From: Alphaproteobacteria bacterium
Lineage (GTDB): Bacteria > Pseudomonadota > Alphaproteobacteria > SP197
Assembly (NCBI GenBank): GCA_964291265.2
Contig: OZ219746.1
Location: 1 to 64,000 of the forward strand
Direction of reading: 5' to 3'
DNA length: 64,000 bases
Shown: positions 19,623 through 30,079 of the stretch, one piece after another
Numbering within the stretch: the first letter of the stretch is position 1
Layout of the letters: each line of letters begins with the position of its first letter
Notes under the pieces: model-generated
The model's input: the letters and a program-made list of their open reading frames with translations, nothing else
What the model was told of the DNA's origin: nothing
Databases searched by the model: none
Program-made: the position numbers and the translations under genes

Positions 19623-21299
19623 TCAGGTGTGGGCGGCGGCGTCGATCTCGAAGAGGTCGCCGCGCTCGCGCAGCACCTCGTCGAGCCAGTCGGTGCGCAT
19701 CTCCGGAGTCGAGGCGATGAGCTTGCGCGTGTAGGCCTCTTTCTGCGGCGGTGTGAAGATCTGCTCGGTCGTTCCCTGTTCCACCACCTCGCCCTGATAC
19801 ATCACCACGGTCCGGTCGGCGATGTTGCGCACGATACCGAGATCGTGGGTGATGAACATGTAGGCAAGATCCTTTTCCTGTTGCAGACGGTCAAGAAGTT
19901 TCAGGATGCCCGCGGCCACCACCTGGTCGAGGGCCGAGGTCACCTCGTCGCAGATGATGAGTTCGGGATCGGCGGCGAGGGCGCGTGCAATGCAGACCCT
20001 CTGCTTCTGGCCGCCCGACAGCTGGCCCGGGAAGCGGTCTGCGAATTCCCTGTCGAGATCGATTTCCTCGAGCAGGGCGAAGATCCGTTCCTCGCGCTCC
20101 CTGCCGGTGAGACCGAAGTAGAAGGTGAGGGGACGGCCGATGATCTCCGAGACGCGCTGCCTCGGGTTGATGGCGACATCGGGCATCTGGTAGATCATCT
20201 GGATCTTGCGCAACTCTTCCTTGTTGCGCTCCTTGAGGGCGAGCGACAGCTTCTGGCCGCCGAACTCGACATGGCCGCTGTGCGGCGGCAGGAGTCCCGT
20301 CACGGTCCGGGCCAGGGTGGACTTTCCGCTCCCCGATTCTCCAACGATGGCGACGGTCTCGCCCCGTCCGATCTCGACACCGACATCCTTCAGGACGTCG
20401 ATCTGGCCATCATAGGTGGCCGTGACCTTCCTGATGGCGAGCACCGGGTTCTCGGGCATGCCGGTGAAGATCTTGGTGTTGATGTCCTCGGTGCGCGCCG
20501 AGATCAGTTCCTTGGTGTAGGGCTCTTCCGGATCGTGGAGGATCTTGTCGGTGTCCCCCTGCTCGATCAGGTCGCCGTAACGCAGAACCATGATGCGGTC
20601 GGCGATCTGCGCCACCACCGCAAGGTCATGGGTGATGTAGAGCGCCGCGGTGTTGTTGTTGCGGATGAGGTCGCGCACCGTGGCCAGCACCTCGATCTGC
20701 GTGGTGACGTCAAGGGCGGTGGTGGGTTCGTCGAGAACCAGGAGATCCGGTCCACAGGTCATGGCCATGGCCGACATGACGCGTTGCAGCTGGCCACCCG
20801 ATACCTGGTGGGGATAGCGCTTTCCGATGTGCGCCGGATCGGGAAGATCGAGCCTGGCGTAGAGATCTTCGGCGCGTTTCGTCGCCCTGGTGTGCGACAT
20901 GACGCTGTGGCGCACCGCTGCTTCCGTCACCTGGTCATTCAGCCGCTTGGCCGGATTGAAGGCGGCGGCGGCGCTCTGCGCGATGTAGGCCGCCCGCACT
21001 CCCCTGATCTGACGCACGTCGTCTTCGTCCTGCTGGCGCAGGTCGGTGCCGGCAAAGAGAATCCGGCCGCCGGTGATCAGGCAGCCCGGGCGGGCAAAGC
21101 ACATGGAGGCGAGGCCGATGGTCGACTTGCCGGCGCCTGATTCGCCAATCAGGCCAAGGACCTCGCCACGCTTCAGGTTGATGTCGATGTCGTTGACGAT
21201 GCGGAAAGGATTGCCGTCCGCGCCAAGCGCCTCGACGCGCAACGCCTGCATCTCCAGGAGGGTTTCGCCAGCGCCGGTGCCTGTGGTGTCCTCGTTCAC
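19623..21299 (-). CDS. Peptide/nickel-family ABC transporter ATP-binding protein (two NBDs)
   Basis: GESGAGKS and GESGSGKS, SGGQLQR/SGGQKQR, DEPT/DEVT. GTG start inferred. Confidence 0.9.
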   Translation of the reverse strand: MNEDTTGTGAGETLLEMQALRVEALGADGNPFRIVNDIDINLKRGEVLGLIGESGAGKSTIGLASMCFARPGCLITGGRILFAGTDLRQQDEDDVRQIRGVRAAYIAQSAAAAFNPAKRLNDQVTEAAVRHSVMSHTRATKRAEDLYARLDLPDPAHIGKRYPHQVSGGQLQRVMSAMAMTCGPDLLVLDEPTTALDVTTQIEVLATVRDLIRNNNTAALYITHDLAVVAQIADRIMVLRYGDLIEQGDTDKILHDPEEPYTKELISARTEDINTKIFTGMPENPVLAIRKVTATYDGQIDVLKDVGVEIGRGETVAIVGESGSGKSTLARTVTGLLPPHSGHVEFGGQKLSLALKERNKEELRKIQMIYQMPDVAINPRQRVSEIIGRPLTFYFGLTGREREERIFALLEEIDLDREFADRFPGQLSGGQKQRVCIARALAADPELIICDEVTSALDQVVAAGILKLLDRLQQEKDLAYMFITHDLGIVRNIADRTVVMYQGEVVEQGTTEQIFTPPQKEAYTRKLIASTPEMRTDWLDEVLRERGDLFEIDAAAHT

Positions 21300-21303
21300 G
21301 TGA

Positions 21304-22191
21304 TCATACCTCGAATTCAGTGGCCGCGGACCGGTTTGACCAGGCCAGCACGTAGTCGACCAGGAGGTTGGTTCCCACGGCAAGAATGGCAATGGCGCCG
21401 GCTGGATAGAGCGGGGCTATGATGCCGTAGATGATGGCTGACGAGCTTTCACGCACCATGCCGCCCCAGTCCGCCAGGGGTGGCTGGATGCCCAGGCCAA
21501 GGAAACTCAGGGCGGCGATGAAGAGGAAGGCAAAGACAAAGCGCAGACCGAACTCCGCGATCAGCGGCAGGGTGGTGTTGGGCAGGATCTCGCGGGTCAT
21601 GACCCACCAAAGTCCCTCGCCTCGCAGTCTTGCTGCCTCGACATACTCCATGACCGCAACGTCCATCGCGATGGCCCGCGACAGCCTGAAGACGCGCGTC
21701 GAGTCGAGGACGGCAATGACGGCCACGAGAACGAGAAGATCGGAGCCGAGAACGGAGATGACCACGAGCGCCATGAGGAGGGTGGGAATGGCCATCAGCG
21801 TCTCCACGAAACGCGACAGGATGCTGTCGAAGATGCCCCCCAGAACCGCGGCCGCAAACCCGGTGACGATCCCCATGAAGAAGGCGAGCACGGTGGCCAC
21901 GAAGGCAATGGCAATGGTCGTGCGGGCGCCGTAGATGATGCGGGACAGCATGTCCCTGCCGATGTGATCGCCTCCCAGCCAGTGCTCGGCCGACACGGGA
22001 GCCCAGACATCGGTCACGAGTTCGGTCTCGCCGTAGGGTGCGAGCCAAGGTGCGAAGACGACCACGAAGAGGTTGATGAGGATGATGGCGAGACCGACAC
22101 GCGCCGTCAGGGGCATGCCGCCGAGAAACTGCTTGACGACCATCATCCTGGTCGGACGGACCCATTGTGCGGTTTCCGATGTGGTGACCAT
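21304..22191 (-). CDS. ABC transporter permease (DppC-like)
   Basis: LG.D.IGRDMLSRIIYGAR, EYVEAARLRG, LSFLGLG..PP..DWG. Confidence 0.9.
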   Translation of the reverse strand: MVTTSETAQWVRPTRMMVVKQFLGGMPLTARVGLAIILINLFVVVFAPWLAPYGETELVTDVWAPVSAEHWLGGDHIGRDMLSRIIYGARTTIAIAFVATVLAFFMGIVTGFAAAVLGGIFDSILSRFVETLMAIPTLLMALVVISVLGSDLLVLVAVIAVLDSTRVFRLSRAIAMDVAVMEYVEAARLRGEGLWWVMTREILPNTTLPLIAEFGLRFVFAFLFIAALSFLGLGIQPPLADWGGMVRESSSAIIYGIIAPLYPAGAIAILAVGTNLLVDYVLAWSNRSAATEFEV

Positions 22192-22201
22192 GACCTGCCT
22201 C

Positions 22202-23155
22202 CTACTTGGGATGCCTGAGACGCGGATTGGCGAGAATCGACGAGACATCCGCAATGAGCGTGAGGAGGATCCAGACACCGGCGAAGATCATGACGCAGGC
22301 CTGGACCACCGGAACGTCCCGTTTCGAGACGGAATCCACCATGTACTGGCCCATGCCCGGATAGGTGAAGACGACTTCGACGACGACCACGCCGACGATG
22401 AGATAGGCCATGTTGAGCATGATCACCGTGATGATCGGCGACCACACGTTGGGCAAGGCATGCTGAACGACGATTCGCCAGTAAGGCACACCCTTGAGGT
22501 GCGCCATCTCTATGTAGGAACTCGACATGACCGCAATGACCGCGGCCCGGGTCATGCGCATCATGTGGGCCAGGGTGACAAGGGTGAGTGTGACGGCAGG
22601 AAGCGCCATGGCCTCGAGGCGCATCAACAGGGTCATTTGGTCACTCACATTGGAGAGACTCGGGAACCATCTGAAGGTGACCGCGAACAGGATGATCAGA
22701 ACGTATCCTATGAAGAACTCCGGCACGGAGATTGCCATCAGGCTGCCGACGGATATGCCCCTGTCGAGAGGCGTGTCCTGACGAATGGCGGAAAGCAGTC
22801 CGAGGGACACCGAAAGCGGAATGGCGATGACGGCGGCGAGCGCCGCCAGGAACAGCGTGTTCTCGAGCCGGAAACCCACCTGCGGTGCGATCGGACGACG
22901 ATTTCCCAGGGACGTGCCGAGGTCGCCCTGGACAAATCCCGCCAGCCAGTCCAGATAACGTTCATGGGGAGGGCGGTCGAGGCCGAGTTGCGCACGGATC
23001 GCTGCGGTGTTCTCTTCGGTGGCCGACTGACCGAGAATGGCGTTGGCAACATCACCTGGAAGTATCTCGGTGGCGATGAAGATAATGACGGACACGCCCA
23101 GCAGGGTTCCAATGCCGATAGCGAGCCGTCTTGCCACCAGAGTCAGCATGCGCAC
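22202..23155 (-). CDS. ABC transporter permease (DppB-like)
   Basis: LPGD, GDLGTS, YIEMAHLKG, HALPN, VEVVF.YPGMG, RD.PVVQ. Confidence 0.9.
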   Translation of the reverse strand: MRMLTLVARRLAIGIGTLLGVSVIIFIATEILPGDVANAILGQSATEENTAAIRAQLGLDRPPHERYLDWLAGFVQGDLGTSLGNRRPIAPQVGFRLENTLFLAALAAVIAIPLSVSLGLLSAIRQDTPLDRGISVGSLMAISVPEFFIGYVLIILFAVTFRWFPSLSNVSDQMTLLMRLEAMALPAVTLTLVTLAHMMRMTRAAVIAVMSSSYIEMAHLKGVPYWRIVVQHALPNVWSPIITVIMLNMAYLIVGVVVVEVVFTYPGMGQYMVDSVSKRDVPVVQACVMIFAGVWILLTLIADVSSILANPRLRHPK

Positions 23156-23281
23156 ATTCCGTTTCCACCCCGGACATTCAAGCGGACTCGGCGGAGATTT
23201 GCAAATGACAAGCGGAACCGGCAGCCCGTCAGGGACCGCGATGGCCGGCGCAGAACGGCCTGCCGCGCCGTCCTTCCCGTG

Positions 23282-23872
23282 ATGTCGGGCGTCTGGATCT
23301 TTGGATACGGTTCGCTCATCTGGCGGCCCGCCATGGCCTTCCGGGCCCGTCGCGTGGCGCGTCTTGCCGGCTGGAAGCGGCGTTTCTGGCAGGGTTCACA
23401 CGACCATCGAGGCTTGCCCCAGGCGCCCGGACGCGTGGTTACCCTGATTGCCGCGCCACGGACCTGCTGCGACGGCATGGCCTATCTCGTCGACAGGGAC
23501 GAGGTGGAGACGGTTTTCCGCGATCTCGACCATCGCGAGAAGAACGGCTATGAGCGTCATGCGGTCAGCCCGACGTTCCGTGACGGGGGCGTCGTCGACG
23601 CCATCGTCTACATCGCCGCCGTCGCCAACCATGCTTGGCTCGGTCCGGCTGGCGACGACGAGATGGTGAGGCAGATCTGCCAAGCGGCCGGCCCGAGCGG
23701 CCCCAACATCGACTATCTCAACGATCTTGCGGCGGCCTTGCGGGACCTGGAGATCGATGACCCTCATGTCTTCCGGCTCGAGAGCCTGGCACACGCCTTC
23801 ATGGCCCGCCAGGAGGGCACTCACGCAACACAACAGCTGCAGCACGTCGCCAGCGGCGTCCGCACCCGGTGA
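23282..23872 (+). CDS. chaC: ChaC-like gamma-glutamylcyclotransferase
   Basis: WIFGYGSLIW, RRFWQGS.DHRG....PGRVVTL, LDHREK.GY, GPSGPN.DY. Confidence 0.85.
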   Translation: MSGVWIFGYGSLIWRPAMAFRARRVARLAGWKRRFWQGSHDHRGLPQAPGRVVTLIAAPRTCCDGMAYLVDRDEVETVFRDLDHREKNGYERHAVSPTFRDGGVVDAIVYIAAVANHAWLGPAGDDEMVRQICQAAGPSGPNIDYLNDLAAALRDLEIDDPHVFRLESLAHAFMARQEGTHATQQLQHVASGVRTR

Positions 23873-24009
23873 TGGCACGAAGTCCTCGATGCACATGACC
23901 ATGCACAGCCTGACAGCACAGCCGAACTCCTGTTACTGCCCCCAACTTGCAATCACCAAGCAAACCTCAGCGCAGATCGTCATCACCGCACGAACGAACG
24001 CTTGCCCCT

Positions 24010-24500
24010 GTCACGCGCCAGCCGTTCGAGCCGGCGGCGGAACCGGCAGCACCGCGTCTCGCGGAAGCTGGCCGGCGGAACGGTCGTCGTGGAAGGTCCG
24101 AAGACCGCCGACATGACCAGGAGTGCAAAGGGCACGGTCGAGCATCCCGGGACGAACGTGAAGGCGAAGTCCGGGCTGAACCGCGGGATCCTCGCCACCG
24201 GTTGGGGCGAGGTGCGGGTGATGCCCGGCTGCAGGGCTCCGCGCCTCGTCTGAGGTGAACGCGGCGCATGTCAGCCAGACGTGTGCGGAGTGCAACAACG
24301 GCTTGACTGACGCCGCCTCGCGTCCGTCGCAGGCGACATTCACATGCGTGGCCTCATGCCATGCGGACCTGAATGCGGCCCGCAACATCAGGCGTCGGGG
24401 ACTGGCGCATCGGCACGGGGATGGAGCGTTGCCGCCAGGCACTCCGATGATCCGTGACACGGATCGCAGACTGGCGGCATGTGCCTTCCAGTCAACGATA
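24010..24500 (+). pseudogene. tnpB: TnpB (IS200/IS605 RNA-guided nuclease) C-terminal remnant
   Basis: MTRSAKGT...PGTNVKAKSGLNRGIL..GWG, SQTCAEC, RPSQATFTC, HADLNAARNI. N-terminus missing and reading frame broken. Confidence 0.8.
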
Positions 24501-24521
24501 CAAGTCCCCAAAGACGGGGGA

Positions 24522-25700
24522 TCAGCCTGACGGGTTCGGAGCCGGTACATTTCGGTCCGGCACCCCTGTCCCCCGGCCCCTTGGAGGGCCGCCGTGCCCC
24601 TGAATGGCAGGGCTCACCTCCGGAACCGCTTCCCCCGGCTCCGCGGGAAACTGCCGGATGTGCATCGCAGGGACGGGCAGCATCCCGAGAACCGTGTGCC
24701 AGTAGGACCAGGAGCGTGGATCGAAGATCCCGGGCCAGGCATTGCGCAAGGCGTCGCGCAACGCTTCGTCCCCGTAGGCGCGGCGAATCGTCGCCGTATC
24801 CTCCGATGAGCCGTAGATCATCGCATGACTCAGGAACTGGACCTCGTCGCGCAGTGTCTCGTGAGGCGGCTGGAACCATACCACCCGCCGCGCAATCTCA
24901 AGCAGGGCCGGCTCGGCCGGACCGAGGGGAGTCTGCTCCGGACTGCGGTCCGGGGAGGCTGGCTCCCTTGCTCCGAGGGCGTCATCCGAAATCTCGCAAG
25001 CCATTGTCGTGCTCCGTTGCTGTTCCGTCGGGACAAGGCGCGCGTGCGGTCCGAACACCGGCAGGTTCTTGACATTGACCGCTGCAACGGCCTGCGTCAG
25101 GTTGACACGAACTTCATTCGGCACCTGGTGCAGATTGCCGTCTGCGTAATGAGCAAGCGCCTTGAGCGTCACCAGGGGATTGAACTCAGGGCCGAATACG
25201 GCATTGGCGGCCCCCAGCGCCTCCTCAAGCGAGAGACCCGATCGCAGCAGGGCGTCCAGGTCGATATAGTCCTTGGCATTGGCACGCGATTGAACCGCAG
25301 CCGCCTTTGTCGCGGCGATATCCAGCAAGGACGCCACGAGAATGCCAGGTCCGTCCGCCTTGTCCGGGTCGTTGACGCTGGACATACCGAGGCCTCCGAA
25401 AAACGACACCATCACCTCGCCATCCAGGTTCAGAACGCATGACAGGGTGTTTTCCTCGCTTCGGGTCGTCAGGCTTCCGCTCAAGTAGGGAATGTGTCTC
25501 CGGAGCGAATCGGGCTGGAAGGCGTCGCGGGAAAAGAAATCGAAGTCGACGGACTGACGATGCCCCAGCCTCAATGCAAGCGCTGTGCCTCCATAAAGAA
25601 CGAAGCCCGACGGCGTACCGCCAAGCATTTTCCACAGACGTCTCTGCGGCTCGGGGAGCACATTGATGTCGAAGTACAGGGGCACGCTTTTCAATAGCAT
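24522..25700 (-). CDS. AbiEii/AbiGii-type nucleotidyltransferase, in frame with a C-terminal partner domain
   Basis: FVLYGGTALALRLGHRQSVDFDFF, K...V.SR...KDYID. C-terminal RRVVWFQPP...GIFDPRSWSYWH domain. Confidence 0.8.
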   Translation of the reverse strand: MLLKSVPLYFDINVLPEPQRRLWKMLGGTPSGFVLYGGTALALRLGHRQSVDFDFFSRDAFQPDSLRRHIPYLSGSLTTRSEENTLSCVLNLDGEVMVSFFGGLGMSSVNDPDKADGPGILVASLLDIAATKAAAVQSRANAKDYIDLDALLRSGLSLEEALGAANAVFGPEFNPLVTLKALAHYADGNLHQVPNEVRVNLTQAVAAVNVKNLPVFGPHARLVPTEQQRSTTMACEISDDALGAREPASPDRSPEQTPLGPAEPALLEIARRVVWFQPPHETLRDEVQFLSHAMIYGSSEDTATIRRAYGDEALRDALRNAWPGIFDPRSWSYWHTVLGMLPVPAMHIRQFPAEPGEAVPEVSPAIQGHGGPPRGRGTGVPDRNVPAPNPSG

Positions 25701-25789
25701 GGTACCCTCCCGGGTTCCACGGCAACGCCCATAGGGGCATCATGAGGCCGGTCGACGGGCGGGCCTCGCCGTCACCTGTTCCATGCAAA

Positions 25790-25970
25790 TCCCCTTCCGT
25801 CGCCCGCCAGGCGCCTGGTCGCGATGGCGCGGCGGGAGCGGCCGGTCCCCCGCCAGCCCGGCCACGACATGCGCGAGCTCGGCATCGACGGTCCCGGCAA
25901 AACGGCCCCTCATCTCGCCCCTGCAATCCCGCTTGAAGGCCGCGGTCAGGCGGTGGCGAACCTGCGGACC
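25790..25970 (-). pseudogene. YafQ/RelE-type toxin remnant
   Basis: TAAFKRD.R.E...LAGDRPLPPRHRD.A.GG. Confidence 0.5.
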
Positions 25971-25984
25971 TCGACCGGCGCCCG

Positions 25985-26240
25985 GTTGTGCTGCGCGTGC
26001 CAGAGATCTTACTGCATCTATTGGGCCAGCCAGCTCTCGGGGCTGCCGCCGAAGGCGTTGGACAAGCGGATCGTTATCTCGGGCGAGATGCCGGGGCGGC
26101 CGTTGAGCAGCATCGACAGGGTGTTGCGCGAGACCGAAAGGCCCTTTGCGGCCTCGGTCACGGTCAGTCCGAGGGGATCGAGGCACTGGCGCCGGATGAG
26201 CGCGCCGGGATGGGGCGGGTGTTACATGAGCATGGGCATG
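25985..26240 (-). pseudogene. higA: HigA antitoxin pseudogene
   Basis: M*HPPHPGALIRRQCLDPLGLTVTEAAKGLSVSRNTLS.LLNG..GIS....RLS.AFG.SPESWL with in-frame stops. Confidence 0.75.
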
Positions 26241-26269
26241 ACCTCCCGGTGGTGGCCCGGATAGCCGAT

Positions 26270-26530
26270 GTCGCGGCATGACCGTTCTTGAAGCGGAAGA
26301 CCACCCGCCAGTTGGCACGGACCGTGACCGCCCAGAACCCGGCATACGTACCGCTGAGCGGGTGCAGCCGAAAACCGGTCAGGTCCATGTCGTCCGGTGC
26401 GGCCGACGCGTTGCGCCGTACTAAGATGTCGCGCCAAGCGTTTCGCGTACTCCGGGTGGATGCGGCGTTCGTCGCCGTGTTCCATGAACCGCCTGAGCGC
26501 TTCGCGCGGAACGTACCGACGACGCCGGTG
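26270..26530 (-). pseudogene. higB: HigB (RelE/ParE plasmid-killer type) toxin pseudogene
   Basis: ALRRF.E.GD...I, frameshift, then DM.L.GFRLHPLSG..AGFWAVTVRANWRVVFRF. Confidence 0.75.
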
Positions 26531-27111
26531 CACAACCATCGTCCATGAGGACGAGATCCGTGTCCTCGCCGTCCACATGTCGAAGCCGAACCAGCGCAAA
26601 CAACACGGCCCACCCGACACGGATCAGGCGATCGCGACATTCGCCAACACCTGAGCGCCTCGCCGGATTCATCCCGTCGCGGCGCCAGCCCATGCCGAGC
26701 ACTCACATGCTCCGGGACGAATGCCTGATCCTGTCAATCTTCCCCGAACACCACCGCCATGCGCGAAGACGCCAACATCGAGTTGACTGTGTGCCGTTGA
26801 AAGGTCCCGGGTCTCGCCCGCATTCGATCAGTTCCATCATGCCCCTGTCGCTGCGTGACCGAACGCTTGGGTCCAATGAGCGTGCTGATCCATGTTGGTG
26901 AACTCCACTCGGTTGCCGGGCAGCGCATCTCGCAGAAGAGCTTCGGACTGGAACTGCTTCGCGGAATGGACGGGACGACAGCTGCTCCTGACGTATCCTG
27001 AATCGCCACGGCGCGACTCGGGTCTGGCAGGAAACGCCCGCGTCGTGTGATTGACTCGCCGATGCCCGACTGTCAGCATGCCGTCATATTTCGTAGATAA
27101 ATGACGGCAAC

Positions 27112-28272
27112 ATGGCAGGCGAGACCTATCCGCGGCTGATCCGGCCGCCCGGGCAGAGCTTCTTTCTCCTCGGCGTCCGCGGGGTCGGCAAGAGCACCTG
27201 GGCCCGAGAGCAGTTTCCCGATGCGCCGCGCATCGATCTCCTCGACGAGGCCCGCTACCAGGACTACCTGGCCGATCCATCCCTCTTCGCCGCGGATCTC
27301 CAGTCCGCGCCGCCCGGCAGCTGGGTGGTCGTCGACGAGGTCCAGCGCCTTCCGAATCTCCTCAACGAAGTGCACCGGCACATCGAGGACCGCCGCCTCA
27401 ACTTCGCTCTGCTCGGATCGAGCGCGCGCAAGCTCAAGGCGTCCGGCGTCAACCTGCTTGCCGGCCGGGCGTTGCACAGGACGATGCATCCCCTGACCCC
27501 GGCGGAGCTCGGCGACGACTTCGATCTCGATGCGGCCCTCGGCACCGGAACGATCCCCCTCGTCTGGGTCGCCGACGGCCGGCGAGCGGTGCTCGAGAGC
27601 TATGTCCGGCTTTATCTCCGCGAAGAAGTCCGGGCCGAGGGGCTGGTCCGAAACCTGCCGGGTTTCGCGCGCTTCCTGCCGGTCGCCGCCCTCTACCACG
27701 GCCAGGTCGTCAATATCTCCGGCATCGCGCGCGATTGCGGCGTCGCCCGCACCACGGTGCAGGGCTATATGGACATTCTCGAGGACACATGGCTCGCCTT
27801 CCGCCTCCCCGCCTTCCAGCCGCGCCTGCGGGCGCGGGAGCGACGTCATCCGAAACTCTACTGGGTCGATACCGGCCTGGTCCGCGCGGTGAAGAAGCTT
27901 CACGGGCCGATCGCGCCCGAGGAACGCGGTGCACTCCTGGAAGGCTGGGTCCTCCACCTCCTGCGAGCGCACGGCGAGCAGGGCGGACTGTTCGACGAGT
28001 TGCACTATTGGGCGCCGCACCCGGCGAACCGCACCGAGGTCGACTTCTTGCTCCGCCGGGACAGCGAGCTGACCGCGATCGAGGTCAAGTCCCAGCCCCG
28101 CTATCACACCGGCATGCTGCCCGGGCTGCGCGCGCTCGCAGAGTTGTCGGGAGTCGCGCGACGCGTGCTGGTCTACAGCGGCAAGCGATCCTTCCGAACC
28201 AGGGACGGGATCGACGTGTGGTCCATCGAACGGCTACAACAGGCGTTCGCCGAAAACGCTCTGTGGCCCTAG
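27112..28272 (+). CDS. AAA+ ATPase with DUF4143 (AAA_14-type) and nuclease-like C-terminus
   Basis: GVRGVGKST, VVVDEVQR, GSSAR.L, LAGRA, PKLYWVDTG, EVDFLL, IEVK. Confidence 0.85.
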   Translation: MAGETYPRLIRPPGQSFFLLGVRGVGKSTWAREQFPDAPRIDLLDEARYQDYLADPSLFAADLQSAPPGSWVVVDEVQRLPNLLNEVHRHIEDRRLNFALLGSSARKLKASGVNLLAGRALHRTMHPLTPAELGDDFDLDAALGTGTIPLVWVADGRRAVLESYVRLYLREEVRAEGLVRNLPGFARFLPVAALYHGQVVNISGIARDCGVARTTVQGYMDILEDTWLAFRLPAFQPRLRARERRHPKLYWVDTGLVRAVKKLHGPIAPEERGALLEGWVLHLLRAHGEQGGLFDELHYWAPHPANRTEVDFLLRRDSELTAIEVKSQPRYHTGMLPGLRALAELSGVARRVLVYSGKRSFRTRDGIDVWSIERLQQAFAENALWP

Positions 28273-28346
28273 GCCGAAGTTCCAGAACCGATCAGACGTA
28301 TCATTATGGTAACTGCTCACCCCTTGTTGGAGTCTGGTTGTCCGTA

Positions 28347-28545
28347 GTGCTCGTTGAGAATGTCTACGGCCTTTCCGTCGAGGGCGATGTGGATGGCGAC
28401 GAGAGGGTTGTAGCCGAGTGCGTCCATAGTGGTGAGGTAGTTTGAGCCTCGGCACCATGCTTTTGCGTGGAGCATGGTGCGGTGGCAGGCGAACTGGCGG
28501 AAGGTAGGGGGTGAAAGTCCCCTGGAACGAAGGAGTAACCGCAGG
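28347..28545 (+). ncRNA. Probable truncated group II intron 5' region (domain I), no RT
   Basis: Starts GTGCTCG. Hairpins GCACCATGCT/AGCATGGTGC and AGGGGGTGAAAGTCCCCTG..GAAGGAGTA, recalled as a group II domain I motif. Confidence 0.4.
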
Positions 28546-28608
28546 GGGCGTCACGGCAAGCGTCTCGTCCGGGCACCATGATCGGCCGGTGCGCGTGCCG
28601 CGACGGGC

Positions 28609-29622
28609 TCAGTGCCTGGGCCTGGCGGCCAGCACGTCATCAAGACTTGGGGCAGCCAGCACCGCCTCCGCCCAGGCCTCCAGTTCGGCGGCCGACGCGC
28701 CGCGGACCCGTTCGCGGACCGCATCCGGCACATCATCGAAGCGCAATTCCAGAAGACGCAGAACAATTCCTGCCTGGCCTTCCACGCGACCTTCTTCCCG
28801 GCCTTCGCTCCGGCCTCGTTCGATTCCCCTCTCGATTCCCTGTTCGACCCAGGTTTGTGCGATCGTGCCCATCAACACCTCCCAATGGTCCGGCTTCGTC
28901 CGGCGCAAAGACGCCTCCAGCATGGCCGGCGTCAGGCCCTTGTGCTCGGTCATATAGCGCACAATATGGTGCTCGAAGTCGCTCCCTGCGAGCAGCCCGT
29001 CCATGATCACGTCGAGAAGATCGGGCGGCACCTCCTCGGCAAAGACAAACCTGAGCGCCAGAAGAGCGGACCGCACCTCGGGCGAGGCCGACAGCCGGTC
29101 CGGCGCCATCTCCCCGAGGTTGTGCACCACATAGGCGAACTCCCTCAACGAACGACTCCAGCCCCTCGGGCGCGTCGATCATGTTCGGTACCGAGCGCTC
29201 CGCCGTCCAGCGGCCCCGGCCATGGTAGAAGACCAGCGGGATGATCATCGGCAGCCTTTTCCTGCCGCCCTCGATCTCGCGCCGCCAGATGTTGACCATG
29301 TATCCCAGGAGCTGGAGCGGCGTCGCGGCATCGACCTGGCTCTTGTGTTCGAGCAGCACGTAGAGGCTTAGCATCCTGGCCGCTCTTCAGCCTCACCCGG
29401 AACAACGCATCGCACCGGTTGGCATGGGCGGCCTTGTCGACGAAACTGCCTCGAGCGCCTCCGGCCGCGCCTCGGGGTCGAGGAGGTCAGCCACCTTCCG
29501 CGGCAGGTAGTCGTCGAGCGGCGAAGCGGCACGGAGACCAGCGCCCGGAACAGCGCATCGTGCCGGTTCTCCGGAAGTCTCACCGAGCGAGACCCCGGCG
29601 TTTCAACGGGCATCACGCTCAC
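28609..29622 (-). pseudogene. Rpn/YhgA-like (PD-(D/E)XK) nuclease pseudogene, copy 1
   Basis: RHDALFRAL, CDALFRV, LYVLLEHKS, IIPLVFYHG, C-terminal LRF..VP....ERV..AS..ELE.W. Several frameshifts and deletions. Confidence 0.85.
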
Positions 29623-30079
29623 GGGCCGGAAGAGGGAAGGTGATCGTCATGGTGGCACCCTACGCCGATGAGCACCCGGTCGGCAATCGCGGCGCCTGAC
29701 CCGGGGCCTGCCAGGCGTCAAGACCTCGATGGTTGGTTCGGGATCGGGAGGCCCACGCGCCGGCGCTGTCGGCCGGATCCGTGGAGGTCAGGGACCATGA
29801 TCTCGTCCTTGGTGGACGATGCGGCTTGCCGACGTGATCGGGCTCATGACGCAGCATGCGGTGAAGGCCGGACATATCCTCATCTCCCGGTCTGGCGAAG
29901 GCGGGTCCCCGTGTGCAGGCCTTCAGGGCCTGAAGCACTTCAATCGCAAGTATTCGATCGAGGGGTGACGATGATGAGGATGCTGGCGGCAACCACGCAC
30001 ATATCCCGCGTCTCGCCCGCATTCCTTCAGTTCCATGATGCCCCCTGTCACTGCGCGACCGAACGCTTGCCCGGGCTGA

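Noticed and set aside
24010-24500. Functional TnpB/omegaRNA system
   Set aside because: The N-terminal half including the first RuvC motif is missing, the frame is broken, and there is no tnpA.
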